Positions 50,166 to 60,021 of a DNA stretch of 64,000 nt are shown here, piece after piece. Origin of the DNA: Patescibacteria group bacterium. GTDB taxonomy: Bacteria > Patescibacteriota > Minisyncoccia > UBA6257 > UBA9933. The notes below the pieces were generated by a model. It was given only the letters and a program-made list of their open reading frames with translations, was not told the origin of the DNA and searched no databases. The stretch lies in the NCBI GenBank assembly GCA_038065955.1, contig JBBTPY010000003.1:39624-103623 (forward strand), in the 5' to 3' direction. Within the stretch, counting starts at the first letter, position 1; each line of letters begins with the position of its first letter. Made by a program: the position numbers and the translations under genes.

Positions 50166-51872
50166 TTACTCCGAGGAGACGCGTAAAATTTCTTCAATGG
50201 ACGTGAAGCCGGCGGAGATTTTTTCCAGTCCGTCTTCAAAGAGCGTTTTCATTCCTTCTTCGCGCGCTTTCTTGCGAATAACGTGGGCGGGCGAGTTTTT
50301 AAGAATTAAGTCTTTAACGGCGTCGTTGATGAAAATAATTTCAAATATTCCGATTTGCCCCCGATAGCCGCTGAAGCCGCAGACGGAACATCCCTTGGAG
50401 GCGTAAATAATTTTTGGCAGATTTTCTATTTTTAAATTAAGAGTTTTGGCTTGTTTGTTCAGCAATTTTTTGTTTTGTTCGTCTATTTCTTTGGAAGAAA
50501 TGCAAACCGCGCAGAGCCGACGAACCAATCGCTGGGCAATGGCGATATTAAGGGTGGACGCCAACAGAAACGGCTGGATGCCGAGTTCAATCAGGCGCGG
50601 CACGGTCGTCGGCGCGTCGTTGGTGTGTAGGGTGGACAAAAGCAAATGGCCGGTCATAGCGGCGTTAATGGCAATATCGGCGGTTTCCTCGTCTCTGATT
50701 TCGCCGATCATAATAATGTCCGGATTTTGGCGCATCAGGGACCGAAGGCCGGTGGCGAAAGTAATGCCGCCTTTAACATTGACCTGGGTCTGGTTTACCC
50801 GCGGAATATCGTATTCTATCGGGTCTTCAATGGTCGTAATATTCACTTTTGGCGTGTTTAAGATTTCTAAAATCGCGTAAAGAGTGGTGGTTTTGCCGGA
50901 GCCGGTCGGGCCGGTGACTAAAACCAAGCCGTGCGGTTTTTTGACGGCTTCGTTCAGTTTTTCCAGATTTTGGCGGGAAAATCCGAGCTCGGTTAAAGAC
51001 AGCGGCCGGAGAGAGCCTTTTAACAGCCGCATTTCGGCTTTTTCGCCGTGAAAAGTCGGGATTACCGAAACCCGGATATCAATAAATTGGTCTTCCAGTG
51101 GAAAACGAAAACGGCCGTCCTGAGGAGCGTTATGAATGTCTATTTGAAGATTGGAAACGACTTTGATTCTGGCAATTAAAATAGGGGAGATTTCTTTCGG
51201 CAAAGAAAGAATTTCCTGAAGAATTCCGTCCAGGCGGTAGCGGACCAAAAGTTTGTCCCTGAACGGTTCAAAATGAATATCCGAAGCGCCCAATGAGGCG
51301 GCGTGTTCAATGACGCTGTCTAAAATCCTGATAATAGGCACGGCTTCAACGATTTTGGAAATGTTGCCGGTTTCTTTAAGGCCGACGGTCGCTTTGATAT
51401 TTTCTTCAATAATTTTGTTAAAATCTTCGCCGATTTTTCTTTTATACGATTTTAAAGCGTATTTCAGACTTGCCGAGGTGGCCAGATAAACGTTCAGCCA
51501 AGCGTTTAATTTTAAACGAAGATAATTTATGGTTTCAAAATCGTTCGGGTCAGCCATCGCCAAAGAGCCGATTTTTTTCTCGGCGTCAAATTCAAAAAGA
51601 ATGACGCCGCGGCTTTTGGCGTATGATTCCGGAATAAGTTCAATAATGTCGGAATTGAGATTCAGCCGTTCCAATTTAACGCTCGGAACTTCCAAAAAAT
51701 CGGCAAGGGAATCCGTAAGGTTTTGTTCGGAAATGGCGCCGCGGCCTATTAAGACTTCGGTAATCGGCCGGTTGGAGCGCAGAGATTCGTTTTCGGCGGC
51801 AATTAATTCTTCTTCCGCCACAACGCCGGAATCAATAATGATTTTTTTAATATCGTCTTTGGCGAGATGCAT
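50166..51872 (-). CDS. pilB: type IV pilus assembly ATPase PilB (GspE family)
   Basis: Walker A GPTGSGKTTT; Asp and His boxes; N-terminal GSPII domains; ORF extends to a TTG at 51923, but the ATG at 51872 (MHLAKDD) is the likely start. Confidence 0.9.
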   Translation of the reverse strand: MHLAKDDIKKIIIDSGVVAEEELIAAENESLRSNRPITEVLIGRGAISEQNLTDSLADFLEVPSVKLERLNLNSDIIELIPESYAKSRGVILFEFDAEKKIGSLAMADPNDFETINYLRLKLNAWLNVYLATSASLKYALKSYKRKIGEDFNKIIEENIKATVGLKETGNISKIVEAVPIIRILDSVIEHAASLGASDIHFEPFRDKLLVRYRLDGILQEILSLPKEISPILIARIKVVSNLQIDIHNAPQDGRFRFPLEDQFIDIRVSVIPTFHGEKAEMRLLKGSLRPLSLTELGFSRQNLEKLNEAVKKPHGLVLVTGPTGSGKTTTLYAILEILNTPKVNITTIEDPIEYDIPRVNQTQVNVKGGITFATGLRSLMRQNPDIIMIGEIRDEETADIAINAAMTGHLLLSTLHTNDAPTTVPRLIELGIQPFLLASTLNIAIAQRLVRRLCAVCISSKEIDEQNKKLLNKQAKTLNLKIENLPKIIYASKGCSVCGFSGYRGQIGIFEIIFINDAVKDLILKNSPAHVIRKKAREEGMKTLFEDGLEKISAGFTSIEEILRVSSE

Positions 51873-51921
51873 GTTGATAACAAATAACTTATTTATATAA
51901 TAACATAACCGGATTAAAAAC

Positions 51922-51955
51922 AAAAACTCCGGTTATCTTATAATCCGGAGTTTTT
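51922..51955 (-). terminator. bidirectional rho-independent terminator/attenuator between the major pilin gene and pilB
   Basis: aaaaactccgg-ttatcttataat-ccggagttttt. Confidence 0.75.
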
Positions 51956-51974
51956 GTTGATGTTTTATTTGATT

Positions 51975-52679
51975 TTAATGTTGATTAGCAGATGCTTGTC
52001 CGCCACCCATAATTGTCAATTTTGTGCCAACTTCATATAAAGAGCTGTTATTGCCGCCGTCTTTCGTCATTTTAGCTCCAATAGAAGAACTTTCCAGTCT
52101 GGCATTAATTTCAAAAGTAAGATCGCTGGAATAACAAGTATAGCGATAAAAAAGATCAGTATATCGAACATCGGAAACTGAGCCATCAACAAAAGAGTTT
52201 GTCGGGTCAAGCGGCATATCGGAAATCGGCGAACCGCCGACTAAACTTGAAAGGTTAACCGGAATCCAACCTGTGCCGTCAACCAAACTTGAACTGGCTA
52301 CCGTTCTTTGGGTTGAAGTTGGGTATGATGTTGCGCTATCAAGTGTTGCATCTGTAATCGCTGCGCCCGGGCTGTCTGATGGATAACTATAATTAATTCC
52401 ATCGCCGCTTGCCCATGATGCGGAATCTTTACAAGTCGTATTGCTTCCGCTATTACCTAAATATATTGTGCTTGTAGTTTTAGTGATATAAAGCGCGATG
52501 GCGGTTTTCATGGTCGCTAAATCCGAAACTCTTTGGGCGTCCCGCGTTTCTCTTAATGTTTCGGCCGGGTTAAGGACGAAAATAGCCACTGCGGCTAAAA
52601 TAGCCATAATGGCGATAACGATTAAAAGCTCAAGTAATGTGAAACCTTTTTTGGGCGATATTGAATTATTGTTAGTCAT
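51975..52679 (-). CDS. type IV pilin (likely major pilin)
   Basis: canonical prepilin signal KKG|FTLLELLIVIAIMAILA; 234 aa; followed by an attenuator hairpin. Confidence 0.85.
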   Translation of the reverse strand: MTNNNSISPKKGFTLLELLIVIAIMAILAAVAIFVLNPAETLRETRDAQRVSDLATMKTAIALYITKTTSTIYLGNSGSNTTCKDSASWASGDGINYSYPSDSPGAAITDATLDSATSYPTSTQRTVASSSLVDGTGWIPVNLSSLVGGSPISDMPLDPTNSFVDGSVSDVRYTDLFYRYTCYSSDLTFEINARLESSSIGAKMTKDGGNNSSLYEVGTKLTIMGGGQASANQH

Positions 52680-52740
52680 ATATTTATTTTACAAGAAATT
52701 GAACAAAATACAAAATTAAATCTGTGGATAACTTTAGTGG

Positions 52741-53115
52741 TTATTTTATATATTTCAGCGCTTTGGCGATGACGTCGTCAATTCTGGTGTCGGCTTTTAT
52801 TAAATAATCTTTTACGCCAAGATTTTTAGCTCTTTCCATATCCGCTTCCTGGCTTAAATTGGAAAGAATAATCACTGGAACGTTTTGCCATTTTTTATTT
52901 TTTCTCATTGTTTCCAGTATTTCAAATCCCGAGACGAAAGGGAGCATTAAATCCAAAAGCGCGACTGCCGGCGGTTCGTTATTTTCCCCGATAAATTTAA
53001 CCGCTTCATTGCCGTCGCTTACGGATTTTATTTCAACGCCGGCTTTGGCGAATTTCATCTGGTAAGCTTTTTGCGCCAAAAGGTCGTCTTCAATTATTAA
53101 GACATAATTTTTCAT
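52741..53115 (-). CDS. single-domain response regulator (CheY-like receiver)
   Basis: 124 aa; Asp pocket (DD...D...K). Confidence 0.85.
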   Translation of the reverse strand: MKNYVLIIEDDLLAQKAYQMKFAKAGVEIKSVSDGNEAVKFIGENNEPPAVALLDLMLPFVSGFEILETMRKNKKWQNVPVIILSNLSQEADMERAKNLGVKDYLIKADTRIDDVIAKALKYIK

Positions 53116-53525
53116 ATATGCTTCGTCACGCGGCTAATGATTTCATCAAGTTTATATTCGCTTTTGACGAGGTAATCGGTTATGCCTAATTTTTCCGCTT
53201 TTTCTTTTATTTCTTCTCCGCCGGAAACGGAAACAATGACGACTTTTTTATCCTTAAATCGCGAATCGTTTCTTAATATCTTTAAAAAATCCAAACCATG
53301 CATTTTAGGCAAGCGCAAATCAAGCCAAATCAAATCAATATCGTTCTTTTTCATAATTTCCAACGCTTCCTCGGCCGATGGAACGGCGGAAACGTTAAAA
53401 TCAAGCTTCGCCAATTTCAATTTAACGGCTTCGGCCAAAGGTTTTTCGTCTTCAACCACTAAAATAGTTTTTGTCATAATGGTATAGTGAAATAAAATGC
53501 CGTTCCTTTTTTTTCTTTGCCCCAA
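53112..53525 (-). CDS. single-domain response regulator (receiver)
   Basis: 137 aa; receiver motifs; translationally coupled to neighbours. Confidence 0.8.
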   Translation of the reverse strand: MGQRKKRNGILFHYTIMTKTILVVEDEKPLAEAVKLKLAKLDFNVSAVPSAEEALEIMKKNDIDLIWLDLRLPKMHGLDFLKILRNDSRFKDKKVVIVSVSGGEEIKEKAEKLGITDYLVKSEYKLDEIISRVTKHI

Positions 53526-55084
53526 TCGGCCGGCGATTCAAACCAAATTTTTCCTTTCCATAATTCTACCAGATTTTTAACCAGATACAAACCGAGGCCG
53601 TTTCCGTCCGGCGCTTTCAAGACCGCGTTTTCGGCCCGGAAAAATCTTTCAAAAAGACGGGCTTGCTCTTCCGGCGGAACGCCGATGCCGTTATCTTTGA
53701 CGGAATAAAGTATTTCATTTTCCCGGCGCCCGATTTTAATTTCTATTTTTCCTTTTTCGTCAGAATAACGGATGGAATTCGTTAGCAGATTGGAAATTAC
53801 CTGATTAATCATCAGAGAATCAAGCGTGATTTCCGGCAATTGATTTTCCGCGACGATTTCAATTTTAATATTTTTCGGTTTAATCAGCGGTTCCAAATCT
53901 TTTATTATTCCTTCAGTAAAATTATGAAGATTGATTTTCAATGGATTGAGTTTGAGAAGGCCGCTTTCAATCCGGGCGAGCGCCAAAAGCATATTCAAAG
54001 TGCCGGCAAGCCGCAAAACGGCGCTGTAAATTTCATTAAGAAAACTCTTTTGGTTTTTATTGAGTTTGCCGACGTCTTCCGATTCAAGCATTTCCGTGTA
54101 CCATCTGATGGTCGTTAAAGGAGTGCGCAATTGATGGGAAGCGATTGAAATAAAATTAGTTTTAGATTCGTCAAGTTTTTTCTCATTAGTAATATCGCGG
54201 AAAATAATAATGGCGCCGATTGTTTCATTTCCCCTTTTAAGGGGAGTGTCAACAAGAGTAATGGGAAATTTTTTGCCGGAAGGAAGCGAATAATAAAAAT
54301 CGTCTTCTATTCCTATTTTTATGGTTTGACCGGTTTTTAACATTTTTGCCGCTGGCAAGTCATCACCGGATATTTCTTGTTTCCCTTTATAAAGTGATAA
54401 AATTTCTTTTCTGTTTTTGCCGAGCGCTTTTTCCGCCGAGATTTCAAGCATTTGAGCGGCCGCGTCGTTGATTAAAACAACGCGCAGATTGTTATCAAGG
54501 ACAAAAAGCCCCTCGCCCATTGAAGAAATAATCGTGTTTAATTTATCGCGTTCATTTTTTAAAACATCCCGATTTTTCTCAATGTCTTCAAGAATATTAT
54601 AAAGGGCGATTTTTATGTTTTCCAAATTTTTGACTTTTTGGACGATTTCTTCGGTTTTTTCTTTCACTTTTCGCTCCAATCCGCCGTAAGATTCTTTTAA
54701 TTTCGCCGACATTTCATCAAATGATTTTGCCAATTGGTCAATTTCGTTTTCCGGCTGAATTTCCGTTTTGTCGCGGACTTTATAATTCAGATTTCCATCG
54801 GCTATTATTTCCGCGCCTTGATGAAGTTTTTTCAGAGGATTAATAATAGTCCTTTTTAAACTGAAATAAATCGCGGTTATTAAAATTAAAATTAAAACAA
54901 TAAGAATCGCGGTAAGGAAAATTACGTTTTGTTCAATTATTTTAGCCGTTAAATCGGCTGAGATTTCCGATTTCGTTAGAACGCCTTTGAAAAATTTAAT
55001 AAAAACGGCGCCTCCGACAAAAAGCGCGAAAGCGACCGTAGCCGCGATATCAAATATAATTTTTACGATGATTGACCTTTTCAT
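53474..55084 (-). CDS. sensor histidine kinase (TM-HAMP-PAS-HisKA-HATPase)
   Basis: H box SHQLRTPLTTI; N and G boxes (DNGIGV, GNGLGL); HAMP after TM2. Confidence 0.85.
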   Translation of the reverse strand: MKRSIIVKIIFDIAATVAFALFVGGAVFIKFFKGVLTKSEISADLTAKIIEQNVIFLTAILIVLILILITAIYFSLKRTIINPLKKLHQGAEIIADGNLNYKVRDKTEIQPENEIDQLAKSFDEMSAKLKESYGGLERKVKEKTEEIVQKVKNLENIKIALYNILEDIEKNRDVLKNERDKLNTIISSMGEGLFVLDNNLRVVLINDAAAQMLEISAEKALGKNRKEILSLYKGKQEISGDDLPAAKMLKTGQTIKIGIEDDFYYSLPSGKKFPITLVDTPLKRGNETIGAIIIFRDITNEKKLDESKTNFISIASHQLRTPLTTIRWYTEMLESEDVGKLNKNQKSFLNEIYSAVLRLAGTLNMLLALARIESGLLKLNPLKINLHNFTEGIIKDLEPLIKPKNIKIEIVAENQLPEITLDSLMINQVISNLLTNSIRYSDEKGKIEIKIGRRENEILYSVKDNGIGVPPEEQARLFERFFRAENAVLKAPDGNGLGLYLVKNLVELWKGKIWFESPADWGKEKKGTAFYFTIPL

Positions 55085-56077
55085 TTACGCGATTATCAGC
55101 CAATAACCCAATATAAAAACGGCTATCGCTCCCAGCCAAATGAGAAGACCAAGAATCAGCGGTCTGAATAAATCTTTTAATAATCCCTTTATGTCTATGG
55201 TCAAGCCGATGCTTGCCATCGCCAATGTCCAGAGAATCGCGGAATAAGGTTTAAGCGTTTTGGCGTACGCCGTCAATTCCGGAACAAAAGAAAATAAAAT
55301 TCCCGTTATAACAAAGCCCGCCAACGCCCAGTAAATCAGAAACGGCGATTGATTTTCTTCAGATTGTTGTTGCTCTTTCCGAAAAATAAAAACTAAAACA
55401 GCGAGAATCGGGATTATCAAAGCGGTTCTCGCCAGTTTTATTGACAAGGCGAACGCTTCAATATTTTTGCCTAAAAATAAAACCGCGGTTTTGACGGTGC
55501 CGGTGGTGTGCAGAGTGGTAGCGGCGAACAAAGCGTAAATGTCTTCCGGCATCGCTAAAAATTTCTGGACAAAAGGATAAAGAAACGCGCCGATTATTCC
55601 CCAAAAAACTACGACTAAAATCGCTTTGCTTACGTCTTTTTTTTCGGCTTTTATCGCCGGACCGGCCATCATTACCGCTGAAGCGCCGCAAATGGCCGTG
55701 CCGATTGCCGTTAAAACGCCGGTTTTTTCGCTTACTTTAAGCCATCGTCCGAGAAAATCCGCCAGCCAAAAAATAATCACAATGCCAACCAGCATTTGAA
55801 GCCACGCCATCGGCATTACTTTTGAAAGTTTCTGAAATTCCAGGTTTACGCCGTACAGAACGATGCCAACGGGAATAATCAAACGCGGAGTAAGTCCCAA
55901 GCCCGGCGAAAACAAAGGTCTGGCGCCGATTATTAATCTGACCAAGAGCCCAAGTAAAATTCCGTTGACCAGCGGGTCAAACAAAATATGAAATTGGGAT
56001 AAATAATAAGCGGCCGAGCCGATAATGACGCTAAAAATTAAACCGGGTAAGAACCGCAAAATTTTATTATTCATCAT
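55085..56077 (-). CDS. YeiH/UPF0324-family membrane protein (putative sulfate exporter family)
   Basis: 330 aa, about 10 TM; motifs FLPGLIF, IGTAICGASAV and KAEKKDV parallel E. coli YeiH. Confidence 0.6.
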   Translation of the reverse strand: MMNNKILRFLPGLIFSVIIGSAAYYLSQFHILFDPLVNGILLGLLVRLIIGARPLFSPGLGLTPRLIIPVGIVLYGVNLEFQKLSKVMPMAWLQMLVGIVIIFWLADFLGRWLKVSEKTGVLTAIGTAICGASAVMMAGPAIKAEKKDVSKAILVVVFWGIIGAFLYPFVQKFLAMPEDIYALFAATTLHTTGTVKTAVLFLGKNIEAFALSIKLARTALIIPILAVLVFIFRKEQQQSEENQSPFLIYWALAGFVITGILFSFVPELTAYAKTLKPYSAILWTLAMASIGLTIDIKGLLKDLFRPLILGLLIWLGAIAVFILGYWLIIA

Positions 56078-57369
56078 AAATTTTTCTTTAATTCTTCAAG
56101 TTCTTTTTTTAATTCTATCATTTTTAATTCTCTGCCAATAGTGAGATTTTTGAATTTTTCAAGCTCCGCCAGTTTTTCTTCTATTTTCACGTCTTTTTCT
56201 TTTAATTCTTTCTGGTTTTTTTCAATATTATTAAGCATTTCGTTGAAAATTTCGCCGAGAGAACCGATTTCGTCTTTGGATTTTATGTTTGTTCGGGCGC
56301 TGAAATTATTTTCGGAAATTTTTTTCGCGATTTCGGCGATTGACGTCAGGCCTTTTAAAAGCCAATTACTCAATAAGGCGATGCCGGCAATAGTTAAAAT
56401 TAAAATAAAAATTCCGCCAAAAATAATCCGCTCTTGAATTTTTTTAAGCAGAGACAAAATTTCCGCCGATTGAGCTTCCACTATTAAAACAATCTCGTCT
56501 TTTTCAATACACATTGACGCTCCTAAAACCTTTTTGCCGTCATAATTCAAATATTCGCCGGCCATTTCCAGATTATTTTCAAAACAGGCGCTAACCGGCT
56601 CAGTGTCAACTTTATGTTTTAAAATATTGTATTCAATAAAGCGGGATTGGGTAATCATCAGCCGGTCTTTGTTTACCAGATAAATTTCCGCGGTTTGATA
56701 TTCGTCAAAAAAGGCGGCGCCGGTAAGCGCTCCTTTTTCTTTTTGCCATTTGCCGCTTAAGAGAGCGCTTAATCTGTCGGTGTTTACGAAATGGAGCAGC
56801 ATTACGGCGTCAAGGGGAACGAATTTTTTGTCCGCGGATTCTTTGGTTGAAAAAATTCTGGCGGAAATGTGAATCATTGGTTCGGAGCTTTCATATTCTT
56901 CGTAAACTACCGGAGCCACGAGCGCTTCTCCGAATCCGGCGGCAATGGCTTCATGAAATCTTATGTTTTCGTCGCTTTCGTCTTCGCCGATTCTGTCGGC
57001 CAAAGAAGAAGATATGACAATTCCGTCTTTATTTAGTATGTCAATAATAACCACTTCCGGGTCGTAAATAATCTTTTTTTCTTTCAGATAAAAATTCAGA
57101 TTTTTAACGGATTCTTTTTTGCCCGATAAAATCTCTTCAACGGCGTTTCGGATATAACCGTCCGAAGACCAGTCAATGGTTCTTGTTTTTAGCGATTCAA
57201 TAAAAGAAAAATAAGAGCCTTCGCTGGTTTCCGCCAAAAGTTGAAAATTATCAATCGTTCGAGCTTTGAAATAATTTTTTAAGTAAGCGTTTAAATAAAA
57301 AGTCAGGCCGGCAATCATTAAAACAATAACGCCGGAAAAAAATAAAATAAATTTTATTCGGAGATTCAT
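56074..57369 (-). CDS. HAMP-domain membrane sensor protein (no kinase domain)
   Basis: N-terminal TM, periplasmic Cache-like region, second TM, HAMP (EIGSLGEIFNEM), coiled coil. Confidence 0.55.
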   Translation of the reverse strand: MNLRIKFILFFSGVIVLMIAGLTFYLNAYLKNYFKARTIDNFQLLAETSEGSYFSFIESLKTRTIDWSSDGYIRNAVEEILSGKKESVKNLNFYLKEKKIIYDPEVVIIDILNKDGIVISSSLADRIGEDESDENIRFHEAIAAGFGEALVAPVVYEEYESSEPMIHISARIFSTKESADKKFVPLDAVMLLHFVNTDRLSALLSGKWQKEKGALTGAAFFDEYQTAEIYLVNKDRLMITQSRFIEYNILKHKVDTEPVSACFENNLEMAGEYLNYDGKKVLGASMCIEKDEIVLIVEAQSAEILSLLKKIQERIIFGGIFILILTIAGIALLSNWLLKGLTSIAEIAKKISENNFSARTNIKSKDEIGSLGEIFNEMLNNIEKNQKELKEKDVKIEEKLAELEKFKNLTIGRELKMIELKKELEELKKNL

Positions 57370-57427
57370 AATTTAAGCGTCAAATATCGGCTGTTTATTT
57401 TTTATAATATTATTATATAATAATATT

Positions 57428-58657
57428 ATGCCGCTGTATAGTTATAAAGCCGTTGATAAAAATGGTTCGCCGACATCGGGAGAAATTTTGGCGGACAGCC
57501 GCGAAGAAGCGGTGGAAAATCTTTCGCGCGACGGATTATTGCCGATTATCGTTGAAGAAAAATCCGTCGGCAAGCTTTCGCAGTTTTCCGATTTGGCGCA
57601 ATTTTTTCCGTTTTTTCAGAAAATCGGCGCCATTGACAAAATTCTCTTAACCCGTTATTTGGCCGCGATTTTGAAAGCCGGCATCGGGTTGGCGGAAGCT
57701 TTGGAAATTATTTTAAACGACGCGAAAAAACCTTTGATTAGAAAAATTCTTCTGGAAATTAAAGCCGGCGTGGAAAGAGGGGAACCGCTTTCATCAATGT
57801 TCGCCGATTATCCGCGATATTTTTCCCCGATTTTTGTCGGGATGATAAAAGCCGGCGAACTTTCGGGCAGTTTGGAAAGCGCTCTGGAAAATCTTTCCGG
57901 CCAATTAATAAGGGATTACGACTTGTTAAAAAGGGTGAGAATGGCGATGATTTATCCGCTGATTCTTTTAATCGGTTCCGCCGGCATTATCGTGCTGATG
58001 ATGACTTTTGTTTTGCCGCGGATGGCGAAAGCTTTCAAAGGCATGCTCGCCGAATTGCCCCTGATTACGAGATTTTTTATCGCTTTAAGCGATTATTTAA
58101 GCAGAAGCCCGATTTTAACGATTTCCGTTTTTTTTATTTTAATCGCCGCGGGCTTTTATTTTTCCCGTTCGGTTTTCGGCAAAAAAATCATTTTCCGCGT
58201 TTTTGAAAAATTGCCGGTCGCTTCGGAACTTGTCAAGAAATTGGCACTGGCGCGTTTCAGCCGAACTTTCAAAAATCTTTTGGGAAGCGGCGTTTCGGCT
58301 ATTGAAGCGATTGAAATGAGCGCTTTAACGGTCGGCAATCCGACTTATCAGAAGTCGTTTTTGAATATTATGGAAGAATTAAAAAAGGGGTCAAATTTTT
58401 CCGCGGTTTTCAAATCGCGTCCCGCTCTTTACCCGAGTTTTTTTGCCAATATCATCGCCATCGGCGAACGAACCGGCACTTTGGAAAAATCGCTGGAAAC
58501 TTTAAGCGCGTTTTACGAAGAAGAAGTGGACGGACTTTTGAAAAATCTGGTTTCGCTTTTGGAACCGCTGCTGATTTTTGCAATGGGTATAATTGTGGCA
58601 ATGGTGGCTTTGTCCGTGCTTTTGCCGATATTCCGAATGGTCAGAATGTTTCAGTGA
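57428..58657 (+). CDS. pilC: type IV pilus/T2SS platform protein PilC (GspF family)
   Basis: 409 aa; duplicated GspF domains; 3 TM. Confidence 0.85.
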   Translation: MPLYSYKAVDKNGSPTSGEILADSREEAVENLSRDGLLPIIVEEKSVGKLSQFSDLAQFFPFFQKIGAIDKILLTRYLAAILKAGIGLAEALEIILNDAKKPLIRKILLEIKAGVERGEPLSSMFADYPRYFSPIFVGMIKAGELSGSLESALENLSGQLIRDYDLLKRVRMAMIYPLILLIGSAGIIVLMMTFVLPRMAKAFKGMLAELPLITRFFIALSDYLSRSPILTISVFFILIAAGFYFSRSVFGKKIIFRVFEKLPVASELVKKLALARFSRTFKNLLGSGVSAIEAIEMSALTVGNPTYQKSFLNIMEELKKGSNFSAVFKSRPALYPSFFANIIAIGERTGTLEKSLETLSAFYEEEVDGLLKNLVSLLEPLLIFAMGIIVAMVALSVLLPIFRMVRMFQ

Positions 58658-58666
58658 GGGTAAATT

Positions 58667-58695
58667 GACATCTAACATCTGACAACTGACATATT
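58667..58695 (+). repeat. heptamer tract AATTGAC ATCTAAC ATCTGAC AACTGAC upstream of a pilin gene
   Basis: direct reading; reverse-complement family of GTCAGAT. Confidence 0.85.
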
Positions 58696-58715
58696 AATAA
58701 TTTTAATAAAATATA

Positions 58716-59237
58716 ATGAATCAGATAAATAAATGTCAAAAGTCAGATGTCAGATGTCGTGTCAGCTGTCAGTTGTCTGGCTTCTCTCTTTTAGAATTGA
58801 TTTTGGTAATCGGAATTCTGGTTATTATCAGCGGTGTTGTTTCGCCATTTTTATTCGGCGGCAAAACTTCAATTGAAGTGGAGGAAGAAGCGAAAAAAAT
58901 AGCCGGCGTTTTGCGGCTGGCGCAAAATAAGGCGATGAGCCGCGAAGATGGATTAAGCTGGGGAGTTCATTTTGACAACATTACTTCAACGGAGCCGTTT
59001 TATGATTTTTTTCAGGGGAACAGCTATACGGCCGGCACTTCTACGGAACGATATTATTTATCCGGCGTCGTTGTTTTTCAAACGCCGGCAAGCGGCACTT
59101 CAACCGACATAATTTTTATTAAGCGCAGCGGCAGTTTGGCAAACGGAACGACTACGACTATTGCCGTAAAATCGCTTTCGCCGGAAATTATTAAAAATGT
59201 CATTATTTATCCAAACGGCAGGGTTAACGCGCAGTAA
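58716..59237 (+). CDS. type IV pilin-like protein with long repeat-encoded leader
   Basis: G|FSLLELILVIGILVI; 22-aa leader MNQINKCQKSDVRCRVSCQLSG; paralogous to 46483. Confidence 0.75.
   Translation: MNQINKCQKSDVRCRVSCQLSGFSLLELILVIGILVIISGVVSPFLFGGKTSIEVEEEAKKIAGVLRLAQNKAMSREDGLSWGVHFDNITSTEPFYDFFQGNSYTAGTSTERYYLSGVVVFQTPASGTSTDIIFIKRSGSLANGTTTTIAVKSLSPEIIKNVIIYPNGRVNAQ
58742..58781 (+). repeat. degenerate GTCAGAT heptamer repeat inside the pilin leader coding sequence
   Basis: gtcagat gtcagat gtcgt gtcagct gtcagtt gtctggc. Confidence 0.9.
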
Positions 59238-59239
59238 TC

Positions 59240-59917
59240 ATGAAAAATAAAGGCCAAATTTTGTCGGAACTTTTAATCGCCATTGCCGTCGGCGTGGTTT
59301 TAGCCGTTGTCGGGGCCCAGCTTATAATCGTCAGTTTGACTTCAACTAAAACTTCCAAAGAAAAAAGCGAGGCAATCGGTTTGGCGCAGGAAGGAATGGA
59401 GGCGACAAGGGCTATTATCCGCGGCAATGACGCGACATCGCAGGGTTGGAACAGAATTTATTTGCCGCCGGACGGAACGGGCAACGCTTCAACTTCAAAA
59501 GGAACCAACAGCCCTTGGCATCCGGAAATTATCGGCAATGTCTGGCAATTGGTTTCAAGCACCGAAACCATAGTTTTGGCGGGAGAGACATACACGAGAA
59601 AAATTATCATTGAAAATGTCTGCCGCAACGATACCGACGGAACGATAAGCGGCATTTCTCCTTGTACCGGAGGAAATTCGGACGACCCGACCACTCAAAA
59701 AATCACCGTCAGCGTTTCCAAAACGGACGCGCCGGACGTAAACTTAATCGCTTATATGAGCCGTTATATAAATGAATCAATGCTCCAAACCGGCTGGAAC
59801 GGGGGATTAAACGACGGGCCGTTTTCCGCCACTTCCACGACTAACACCAATTACGGCGCCAATACCGAAACAACTAAACTCGATTTAATAACAGAAATTA
59901 AATTAAAAACGCAGTAA
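59240..59917 (+). CDS. pseudopilin/minor pilin (prepilin-type N-terminal domain)
   Basis: MKNKGQILSELLIAIAVGVVLAV is a prepilin-like N-terminus; 225 aa. Confidence 0.7.
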   Translation: MKNKGQILSELLIAIAVGVVLAVVGAQLIIVSLTSTKTSKEKSEAIGLAQEGMEATRAIIRGNDATSQGWNRIYLPPDGTGNASTSKGTNSPWHPEIIGNVWQLVSSTETIVLAGETYTRKIIIENVCRNDTDGTISGISPCTGGNSDDPTTQKITVSVSKTDAPDVNLIAYMSRYINESMLQTGWNGGLNDGPFSATSTTNTNYGANTETTKLDLITEIKLKTQ

Positions 59918-59924
59918 AATTTAA

Positions 59925-59941
59925 CTGCGGGACTTGGATTC
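59925..59941. repeat. 17-bp direct duplicate of the tRNA-Gln 3' end (att-like)
   Basis: ctgcgggacttggattc is identical to 60293..60309. Confidence 0.8.
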
Positions 59942-60021
59942 TCTTCGGCCTTCGGCTCGCATTGAGCTCGCCGAAATGCTCAGAGCAAGTCATCCAAGCC
60001 CACAATAAATCGTCAAACTCA

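Noticed and set aside
59925-60000. A second tRNA gene next to tRNA-Gln
   Set aside because: Only the 17-nt acceptor and T-stem 3' segment is present. There is no T-loop, anticodon arm or D-arm, so it is a partial duplication and not a tRNA.
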